From positions 76,284 through 140,283 of the forward strand of contig JBNKOC010000027.1 in assembly GCA_050294405.1 (NCBI GenBank): a DNA stretch of 64,000 bases, written 5' to 3'. A model generated the notes under the pieces. It was given only the letters and a program-made list of their open reading frames with translations, was not told the origin of the DNA and ran no database searches. Positions 1 through 7,749 of the stretch are shown in pieces. Both the position numbers and the translations under genes were made by a program. The stretch's first letter is position 1, and every line of letters begins with the position of its first letter. The stretch comes from Fibrobacteria bacterium (lineage in GTDB: Bacteria; Fibrobacterota; Fibrobacteria; UBA11236; JADFYW01).

Positions 1-1092
1 CTGGAATCTTTAAAACCCTTAACGGTGGAATTGGCGGAGAGAAGTTATCCCATATACATCGAGGAAAAAAACCTGCAATTGCTGCCTGCATTGTCAGAAA
101 AACTGGAATTGCCCTCCCACTATGTCATTGTCACCGATGTGGTGCTAAAGGAAAAACACAAAGAAGAACTAAAAAACCTATCGGCCCAACTGGGTAATTG
201 CCGAAGCTTTTACTTTCGCACGGGAGAGGCCGAAAAATCTTTGGTTTCCATAAACCGCCTTATTACATATTTGCTTAAACATAAATATTCCCGCAAAACC
301 ACCTTAATCGCTTACGGAGGAGGCATTGTGGGAGATATGGTTGGCTTTGCCGCTTCCATATTTTTAAGGGGAGTGCCCTTTGTTCAAGTACCCACCAGCT
401 TATTGGCCATGGTAGACAGCTCCGTGGGAGGCAAAACGGGAGTCAACCACCGCTATGGAAAAAATTTAATCGGGAGTTTTTACCAGCCCCGGGCCGTTAT
501 GATTCAAATAGCCGCCCTTAAAACTCTGCCCCATATTGAATACCTGGCAGGCATGGCCGAGGTGATTAAGTATGCCGTAATTTGGGATAAAAACTTTTTT
601 GATTTTTTATGGGACAATTCAGAAGGCATTCTTAACAAAGATCCCGAACTGCTCCGAAAAATTTTGAAAAAATGCTGTGCCATAAAGGCCCAGGTGGTAA
701 GCCAGGATGAAAAAGAATCCGGAATTAGAGCCATATTAAATTACGGACACACCTTTGGCCACGCCATCGAAACCCTGGCGGGTTACGGAAATTTAACTCA
801 CGGAATTGCCGTGGCCAGAGGAATGGTCGTAGCCATGCGGCTGGCAGTGCTTCTAAAAAAAATAAACCCATCAGCAGAAAGTAAACAGTTGGAGCTTTTG
901 AAAAAATTTGACTTTCCTCTGAAATTTAATGTGAATGAGGAAAGCGCCTGGGATATAATGGGAGTGGATAAAAAAGTCGAGGGAGATAAACGCATATATA
1001 TTCTCCCCACGGAAATAGGAAAAGTGGAAAGGGTTTCTGGAGTTGCCAAGGAGTTGGTGCATCAGTCCTGGCAGGCTATTAAAAACCTGTAA
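1..1092 (+). CDS. aroB: 3-dehydroquinate synthase (frame is open to the window edge; true start probably upstream)
   Basis: GGGIVGD, PTSLLAMVDSSVGGKTG, GKNLIGSFYQP, LNYGHTFGHAIE, HGIAV motifs; frame 1 has no stop from base 1 (LESLKPLTVELAERSY). Confidence 0.96.
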   Translation: MESLKPLTVELAERSYPIYIEEKNLQLLPALSEKLELPSHYVIVTDVVLKEKHKEELKNLSAQLGNCRSFYFRTGEAEKSLVSINRLITYLLKHKYSRKTTLIAYGGGIVGDMVGFAASIFLRGVPFVQVPTSLLAMVDSSVGGKTGVNHRYGKNLIGSFYQPRAVMIQIAALKTLPHIEYLAGMAEVIKYAVIWDKNFFDFLWDNSEGILNKDPELLRKILKKCCAIKAQVVSQDEKESGIRAILNYGHTFGHAIETLAGYGNLTHGIAVARGMVVAMRLAVLLKKINPSAESKQLELLKKFDFPLKFNVNEESAWDIMGVDKKVEGDKRIYILPTEIGKVERVSGVAKELVHQSWQAIKNL

Positions 1093-1112
1093 AAAATTAA
1101 TTTAGAGAAAAT

Positions 1113-2087
1113 ATGAGCGTACTTGTTACAGGCGGAACAGGCTGTTTAGGGTATCACCTGTTATCCATTTTTACAAAGACTAAAGGTCAACTGATATCCT
1201 ACAGCGATACTCCTCCCCTATCCTATCGCAAACTCAAACATGTTACTTATGTGGAAGGCGATTTGCAGGACGAGCGAAAATTAACCCAGGTTTTAAACGA
1301 ATACAAACCCGAAGAAATTTACCACGCGGCCGCCCAAAATTCAGTAGGAATATCCAACGAAAAACCCGTGCACACTTTTCAGACCAACGTGCTGGGCACT
1401 CAAATCTTATTTGAAGCCATTCGTAAATCTGTGCCTAAAAGCCGGGTTATTTTCATCAGCTCTTCAGAAATTTACGGGGCGGGAAAAGGAGTAGTGGATA
1501 TTGTCCATGAAGAAGAAGATCCGCCGGTGCCTTTTACCGCCTTTGCCACCAGTAAGGCCTGCGGTGAATTGTTGGCCCACCAGTACATTAATGCCCATAA
1601 AATGGACATTGTAATTATCCGGCCTTTTCACTACACAGGGCCCTATCAATCCAGTATGTATGTGCTTCCTTCCGTTGCCAAACAGCTGGTGGAAATTGAA
1701 AGGGACGATGGAGAGCTTTCCATATTTACCGGAAATTTAGATGTTTCCAGGGACTATATTGATGTGCGGGACTTAGCCAGAGGAATTAGCCTTCTGGCCC
1801 ATTCGGGTCAGTCGGGAGATGTATACAATATTTCCTCGGGCAAGGCCGCTCCTATTCGCGATTTGGTAAACCGGCTCATTCAAATGACAGGCAATCCCAT
1901 TGATATTTGTATTGACCCTTCCAAAGAACGTCCCAATGACATTCCCCTACTAGTGGGATCCCCCCAAAAAATGATGGATTTAACGGGCTGGACCCCAATT
2001 ATTTCTATCGAAGACTCCCTCAGAGACTTATATTCTGAAATGAAAAATAGGGTAAAAACTTCCCGGCAAACCGGGGAAAAAATTTAA
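1113..2087 (+). CDS. NAD(P)-dependent epimerase/dehydratase, GDP-mannose dehydratase / Rmd-like extended SDR
   Basis: VLVTGGTGCLG Rossmann motif, HAAAQNSV, NVLGT, SSSEIYG, RPFHYTGP, GNLDVSRDYIDVRD; YxxxK reads FATSK. Confidence 0.85.
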   Translation: MSVLVTGGTGCLGYHLLSIFTKTKGQLISYSDTPPLSYRKLKHVTYVEGDLQDERKLTQVLNEYKPEEIYHAAAQNSVGISNEKPVHTFQTNVLGTQILFEAIRKSVPKSRVIFISSSEIYGAGKGVVDIVHEEEDPPVPFTAFATSKACGELLAHQYINAHKMDIVIIRPFHYTGPYQSSMYVLPSVAKQLVEIERDDGELSIFTGNLDVSRDYIDVRDLARGISLLAHSGQSGDVYNISSGKAAPIRDLVNRLIQMTGNPIDICIDPSKERPNDIPLLVGSPQKMMDLTGWTPIISIEDSLRDLYSEMKNRVKTSRQTGEKI

Positions 2088-2111
2088 GGAATAGTTTTTT
2101 AACGCAAAAAA

Positions 2112-3263
2112 ATGTTAGCCGAATTATTGTATGAAATTACAGGTTACAGCCTATTTCACGGAAGGCTTTTTCGGGCCGGGGCTGCGTCCATCACATCCAT
2201 CTTGCTGGTTTTTATTTTTATGCCTATCCTTCTGCGTTGGGCGCAAAAAGTAAACGCCAGTTCCGATTTTACCGAAGAGAAATCCAGCGCCCCTCCCATT
2301 TTAGGGGGAATATTATTGGTTCCGGTGGTTTTATTTTCCACCCTTTGCTTTACCATTGTTAACAGTTATGTGTTATCCATTTTGGTTATTATGGTGGCCT
2401 TTTTTTCTATCGGCGCTGTGGACGACTTTGCCAAAATCTGGACTAAGCGTAAAATCATGGAGGGAAAAGAAGAGAAAAAAAGCTACCAGGACAAGGCTGA
2501 TGGCATCTCCGCACGTCTCAGACTGAGCCTTTATTTTTTCTTTTCTCTCATTGTTGCCATTTTCGCCTATAAATTTATTCCCGGCATGAACGGCCACATC
2601 AGCTTGCCCTTTATAAAGCCTGATGTTTGGTACCCGTATTTACCCAATTGGGCCTTCATAATTTTGATTTGCCTGGTCATCACCTCCACAGCCAACGGGG
2701 CCAACTTTACCGATGGCCTGGATAGCCTGGTTTCCATCCCCCTTATGACCACCGCTTTGTTTGTGGGAGTGGTCGCTTATATTTCGGGCAACACGGTTTT
2801 TTCCAAATATTTTTTAATACCCTATTTGCCCGGTGTAGACGAACTTTTTCCTTTATGCGCCGCCATGATTGGCGCTCTGGCCGCCTATTTGTGGTTCAAT
2901 AGCCCCCCTGCCCAGGTGTACATGGGCGATTCGGGCTCCATAGGATTTGGCGGAGCTATTGGTATGATGTTTGTGTTAATTAAAGCCGAATTTTTTATGC
3001 CCATTGTGGGCTTTGTATTTTTAATGGAAGCTCTTTCTGTTTTTTTCCAAATTGGATGGTTTAAAATCACAAAAAACTTGCGGGCGGATAAACAAGGACA
3101 AAGGCTTTTTTTGCGGGCCCCCCTCCACCATCATTTCCAAATGTTATGGAAACATCAATACCCAAATGCCAAGGAACTCAATTCAAAAATTGTATGGCGC
3201 TTTCATTTGGTGTCGCTTTTTGCGCTGGTTCTGGGTTCCCTCATATTTTTTAAAATCAGATAA
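2112..3263 (+). CDS. mraY: Phospho-N-acetylmuramoyl-pentapeptide transferase (MraY-like)
   Basis: Multi-TM protein with GAVDD, NGANFTDGLD, WFNSPPAQVYMGDSGS, APLHHHF and KIVWRF motifs. Confidence 0.88.
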   Translation: MLAELLYEITGYSLFHGRLFRAGAASITSILLVFIFMPILLRWAQKVNASSDFTEEKSSAPPILGGILLVPVVLFSTLCFTIVNSYVLSILVIMVAFFSIGAVDDFAKIWTKRKIMEGKEEKKSYQDKADGISARLRLSLYFFFSLIVAIFAYKFIPGMNGHISLPFIKPDVWYPYLPNWAFIILICLVITSTANGANFTDGLDSLVSIPLMTTALFVGVVAYISGNTVFSKYFLIPYLPGVDELFPLCAAMIGALAAYLWFNSPPAQVYMGDSGSIGFGGAIGMMFVLIKAEFFMPIVGFVFLMEALSVFFQIGWFKITKNLRADKQGQRLFLRAPLHHHFQMLWKHQYPNAKELNSKIVWRFHLVSLFALVLGSLIFFKIR

Positions 3264-4214
3264 TACCAGTTTTTTTCCCAGAGGGGCAGTGCTCTGGTTG
3301 CGGCTTTCTAAAATAGCGCTTTCTAAGGGGAAAAAATCCGTTAAATATATACATGCTAAAAATTCCACCCAGGGGTCCAGTTCCTCGCATTGGGGAAGGG
3401 TCCTGTAGTCAATATCCACTTCACATTTAAGGTTATTGTAGCTAAACTCGTAATGTTCGCCAGACACCACGCCCTCGCCATCCAGATTATAGTGATTCAC
3501 CACTGTGGCTTTTCGGCTGCGAAGAAAAAGTTCGTAGCTTTGACAGCTTTTATCCTGAAACTGGAGGTTTTGAGACAATAGCCCCAGCGCATTGGAAATA
3601 TCGGGAACGCTATCCACAAACACATCGTACATAAAATTAAACTCTTCCAAAACCACCCAATCTGTAAAACTCGCCAGCTCACATAAGTTGGCTTCAATAA
3701 CCGAGTACATGGAATCATTTTCAAAGCTGAAGGTTTCCAGCATATTATTTACCTGAAAAGTATCTGGAGGCGAAATAGAATCGCAAAGACTGCTTACTTC
3801 AAAACCTTCCGGAATAGCACCCGTTTGAGAATTGACACTAATCCAATCTCCCTCAAAAGGCAGTCCTTCTTCCGATTCATAGACCCAGGCTTCACAACGG
3901 TTAAAAGACCACAATTTTAAAGTATTGCCCTTAAACTCATAATACTGGGAATAGCCCAAAGAATCGTAAACCACACCTGAATCTGTGCACACGGGAAAAT
4001 ATTCGTAATAATCTATGGTGCTGCTGCTATCCTCAGCACTATAACTAAAAGCCGTTTTGAGGATAACTTTTCGCTTTGTGTAATCCACTTGAGGGATTTC
4101 AGGTGGGGGATCGGGGTCTTTATCCTTCGAACCGGCTCCATTCCCTCCGGTAAGACAGCCCACTACCATAAAGGAAGATAAAAACACCAATGCCCAAATA
4201 TTAAAAGCAGCCAT
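3183..4214 (-). CDS. Hypothetical lipoprotein
   Basis: Hydrophobic signal ending VVGC (lipobox), Gly/Pro-rich linker, acidic Cys-containing body; 3' end overlaps mraY by 81 bp. Confidence 0.7.
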   Translation of the reverse strand: MAAFNIWALVFLSSFMVVGCLTGGNGAGSKDKDPDPPPEIPQVDYTKRKVILKTAFSYSAEDSSSTIDYYEYFPVCTDSGVVYDSLGYSQYYEFKGNTLKLWSFNRCEAWVYESEEGLPFEGDWISVNSQTGAIPEGFEVSSLCDSISPPDTFQVNNMLETFSFENDSMYSVIEANLCELASFTDWVVLEEFNFMYDVFVDSVPDISNALGLLSQNLQFQDKSCQSYELFLRSRKATVVNHYNLDGEGVVSGEHYEFSYNNLKCEVDIDYRTLPQCEELDPWVEFLACIYLTDFFPLESAILESRNQSTAPLGKKLVLSDFKKYEGTQNQRKKRHQMKAPYNF

Positions 4215-4279
4215 AATAAACTTTAAAATACTTTAACTTTTATGATACAATAAAGACTTAAAAAAATATAGAGGGTCCC

Positions 4280-5395
4280 ATGAGCCTAGTTCAAACAGAA
4301 TCCCCCAAATCCTCCACAAGAATTTTGGCCAAAATTTTAATCATCGACGACGAAGAATCCATTGGAATTGGAGTTTCCGATTTGCTCAATAGCTACGAAT
4401 ATTCTGCCGATTACGTTATGTCCGCAGAAGCGGGAGTAAAATATCTGGAATCCAATCCCGATGTGGATATTGTGCTATTGGACATTAATTTGGGCACGGG
4501 AATGTCAGGCCTGGAAGCATTGCCGGTAATAAAAGATCGTTTTCGCTATGTGCAAATTATAATGCTCACCAGCCACGACTCCATTGAAGTAGGCATAAAG
4601 GCCATGAAAAACGGGGCCCACGACTACCTCACCAAGCCTTTTGACGAGCGGAATTTTTTTGAGTTAGTTCCCCAAGCCCTGGAAAAGAAAAAACTCACAC
4701 AGCTTAGCGATTTGTATTTGGGCATATTAGTTCACGATATGAACAACCCCCTCAACAACATCAGCCTGGGCATGGATATGTTGAAAATTACTTTAAAGGA
4801 AAACCTGAATCCCAGACAAGAACGGCTTTTTGGGGTGGTCCATTCGGGCCTTTGGGAAATAAAAAACATGGTGCGCAACATTTTAAATGTGAACAAGTTT
4901 GAGCAGGGAGGTGTGGCTGCCCGCATCACCGAATTCGAGCTGCGTCCCTGTCTGGAAAAAACCCTGTCTATTTTTTCCGGCCTTATCCAAATTACCGAGA
5001 AAAAAATTAAAACCGAATTTTTATTGCCAGAAAATTCAAAAATCCATGCGGATAAGGAACTACTCAATCAGGTCATTGGCAATTTGCTTTCCAATTCCTT
5101 GCGATATTGCCCCAAAAATGAGGAAGTGGAATTTAAGGTGCAGTATTCTGAGCCAAAACTTTTGAAGTTTTCGGTGACCAACCCCGGTTCTTTTGTGCCT
5201 GATTCCATGAAAAATGAAATCTTCAACAAATTTTTTATCGGGCAAGCCCAGGAAAAAGGCAAATCCAACCGTAATTTTGGCCTGGGACTCTCCTATAGTA
5301 AAATGGCTGTGGAAGCCATGAATGGCCATATTTGGGTTGAAAGTCAGGAAAGTCCAGAAATAACAACTTTTCATTTCACAATCCCCCAATCCTGA
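4280..5395 (+). CDS. Hybrid response regulator-histidine kinase (REC-HisKA-HATPase)
   Basis: ILIIDDE, VLLDINL, IMLT, YLTKPF receiver motifs; LVHDMNNPL H-box; NLLSNS N-box; GLGL G2-box. Confidence 0.93.
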   Translation: MSLVQTESPKSSTRILAKILIIDDEESIGIGVSDLLNSYEYSADYVMSAEAGVKYLESNPDVDIVLLDINLGTGMSGLEALPVIKDRFRYVQIIMLTSHDSIEVGIKAMKNGAHDYLTKPFDERNFFELVPQALEKKKLTQLSDLYLGILVHDMNNPLNNISLGMDMLKITLKENLNPRQERLFGVVHSGLWEIKNMVRNILNVNKFEQGGVAARITEFELRPCLEKTLSIFSGLIQITEKKIKTEFLLPENSKIHADKELLNQVIGNLLSNSLRYCPKNEEVEFKVQYSEPKLLKFSVTNPGSFVPDSMKNEIFNKFFIGQAQEKGKSNRNFGLGLSYSKMAVEAMNGHIWVESQESPEITTFHFTIPQS

Positions 5396-5435
5396 AAAAA
5401 TTGTTTGTTTTAAAAATCAAAAAGTTTTACCAAAT

Positions 5436-5444
5436 TTATCCACA
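5436..5444 (+). promoter_or_regulatory. Perfect DnaA box within a cluster of related 9-mers
   Basis: TTATCCACA at 5436-5444 in an intergenic region, near-matches at 5478, 5518, 5529 and 5562 (reverse). Confidence 0.35.
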
Positions 5445-5705
5445 ACCTTAAATCGATATTGTTGAAAGCTGTAAATATTTTCGACAATCACATGCCATTT
5501 TAAGCAACTATTAACTCTTACTCACAACTTTCCAACATCTTTTTGGCTAATGTTTATTGAATGTTGGAAACAATTGTCTCCATTCCCCAATTCTAAATTT
5601 GCTGGAGCGCTAATTAGCTTGTGATGGACCTTGCGGGGATTTATATTTCTAAAAAGGCAATGAGTTTTAGTTAATGTTAACGAGTTGGGCACTCAAGGGG
5701 TTGTT

Positions 5706-6458
5706 ATGTCCATTCAGACTATAATCGCAGAAACATTTTTTGAAGGAATGAACCGCCAGGATAAAGTCTGGGATGTTATTAGCCATATTGAAGAACATTC
5801 TCAAAAACTGGCTAATGTATTAGACTTGTATTCCTTAAAAACTATGGCCACGGAAAAACATCTTTCCTGGAATGCCATGTTGGATGACGCTCCCTTTAGT
5901 TGGATAGAAAAAAATATTTTTGATTCGCAAAATAAAGTTCTCCAATTTGAGTCCCTTAGCGGTGACTTTGATATATGGAGAGGTAAATGGAAGGTGGGCC
6001 TTAACTCGAAAAACGCAGTGAGCCTAAAAATTAAATTGGAGTACGAATTAGGTATTCCAGTTCTGGAAGAAAACATCAGCGACATTCTCCAAACAAAAGT
6101 TCATGGGTACTTAAAGTTGTTGCTTCTTAGTATTGGGCGAATTGTGGAGAACAAGCAAAGAGATGAAAGAGTTAATCCACGTTATTATTTAGATGCTTTT
6201 CACAATGCCACATTAAATGGGCTTAATTCTCCCATTAGCATTGTTGATATATCCAGGGGTGGGGCTAGAATCAAAATAAGCTCAGCTGTTGGAAAGTATA
6301 CAGAGTCCATTACTATTGGACAAACTGAGCATGAAGTTGGAGAATTTATCCCTGAACATGGCAATTTTGGTAGAATAATTTTTGCCCACGAATTATCTGA
6401 TGAATCTTTATCAAGTATTCTTGACGAAGCAGAATACATTCGGGCCAACAGCAATTAA
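5706..6458 (+). CDS. SRPBCC/START (polyketide cyclase-like) domain fused to C-terminal PilZ domain
   Basis: N-terminal SW..MLDDAPFSWIE..FESLSGDFDIWRGKWKV..EYELGIP START-like pattern; C-terminal RDERVNPRY (RxxxR) and DISRGG (DxSxxG). ATG 5706 follows AAGGGG. Confidence 0.75.
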   Translation: MSIQTIIAETFFEGMNRQDKVWDVISHIEEHSQKLANVLDLYSLKTMATEKHLSWNAMLDDAPFSWIEKNIFDSQNKVLQFESLSGDFDIWRGKWKVGLNSKNAVSLKIKLEYELGIPVLEENISDILQTKVHGYLKLLLLSIGRIVENKQRDERVNPRYYLDAFHNATLNGLNSPISIVDISRGGARIKISSAVGKYTESITIGQTEHEVGEFIPEHGNFGRIIFAHELSDESLSSILDEAEYIRANSN

Positions 6459-6669
6459 CAAATTTAAAAAAGGAAATTCTTTACCGGAATTCCTTGTTCT
6501 TGGAGCCTTTATCTTTAATATTTAGTTATAGATAAATGTTTATTTAGTTTTTAAAGAAGTCATTTCCCGATAACATGGTTACAGCGCAAAAACCTGGCAA
6601 GTTTGCATTAATAAAACATGCTGCTAAAGAATATAGATACATAGTAGCTGATCCAGTTTAGGAATTATT

Positions 6670-7749
6670 TTGGAAAAAATTGCCTTTTTCATTAGTCCTG
6701 CAAATTGGGAAATTTTTTCTCAAAACTTAAACCAACTCAAGCCATCTAAAATATACAGGGAAGAGCTTATAAAGCCAATGTTACAATGGGCTAACCCTAA
6801 GGTATTCAAAAGCTTTTCAGAACTTACATTCGATTCAAAAAAATATTTTGAAGGGTGTATAATTCTTGTTCCTTTTTTCCCGGATCGCCACTATAAAGAC
6901 AGCAAATTTGTATTAGACAAAATAGAATCAGCTTTTGAGGTAGCAAAAAAAGAAAACTGCACTATTGCAACATTAACAGGTTTTAATTCAATTGCTGTCC
7001 AAAGCAGAGAGTCTTATTTTGAGAAGAAATATAATATAAAGGTTACATCTGGAAATACAACTACGGCGACAATAATCGTTAAATCAATATTGGACATATC
7101 CGATAAATTTAATCTTGATTTATCAGTTTCATCCTTAGCCATTATTGGAGCCACCGGAGACATTGGAAGAGGCTGCTTTTTAGGATTAGCCGAATATTTT
7201 CAAAAAATTTGGCTAACGGGCAGAGGTCTTAAGCCGCTGGAAGAGTTATACAATACATATGCAAGCATCTATGATTGCGATATGGAAATTACAATGGATT
7301 CTGAATTTGCCATTTCTGAAAGCCAAATAGCCATTTTTGTAACAAGTTCCCCTAAAGAGCTATTTCATTTAAATGACTTACCAAAAAAGACAATAATTTG
7401 CGATGCTTCTTCTCCCATTAATATAAAAACCGGCGACTCGTTGAGAGATGACGTTTTTTTATACCACGGAGGAATAGTAAATATTCCCTTTGAGTTTAAC
7501 TTGGGATTCGATTCAGGTTTGTCCAGCCAGAGTCATGTGTACGGCTGCGAACTTGAAGGTATGTTAATGGGTGTAAATCCCGATTTATCGGGGTCCCACG
7601 GAAGAGGAAATATAGACAGCTTTAGACTTAATACCTTTGAATCTGAGCTTATAAAATATCCTAATATTAGTTTAGCTTATTCGTGGAAAAACAAACAGTA
7701 TCACAACATGGAACTATTAACCTATGCGAACTATTGGCGGAACTCTTAA
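6670..7749 (+). CDS. Acyl-ACP reductase-like (AAR-like, aldehyde-forming) oxidoreductase
   Basis: ATLTGFNSI, VTSGNTTTA, AIIGATGDIG, YGCELEGML (Cys at the AAR catalytic position) and SHGRGNI parallel cyanobacterial AAR motifs. TTG start after AGGA. Confidence 0.75.
   Translation: MEKIAFFISPANWEIFSQNLNQLKPSKIYREELIKPMLQWANPKVFKSFSELTFDSKKYFEGCIILVPFFPDRHYKDSKFVLDKIESAFEVAKKENCTIATLTGFNSIAVQSRESYFEKKYNIKVTSGNTTTATIIVKSILDISDKFNLDLSVSSLAIIGATGDIGRGCFLGLAEYFQKIWLTGRGLKPLEELYNTYASIYDCDMEITMDSEFAISESQIAIFVTSSPKELFHLNDLPKKTIICDASSPINIKTGDSLRDDVFLYHGGIVNIPFEFNLGFDSGLSSQSHVYGCELEGMLMGVNPDLSGSHGRGNIDSFRLNTFESELIKYPNISLAYSWKNKQYHNMELLTYANYWRNS

Noticed and set aside
6670..7749. Alkane biosynthesis (aar/ado) locus
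   Set aside because: No aldehyde deformylating oxygenase nearby; the ferritin-like gene at 29127 is a rubrerythrin 21 kb away.
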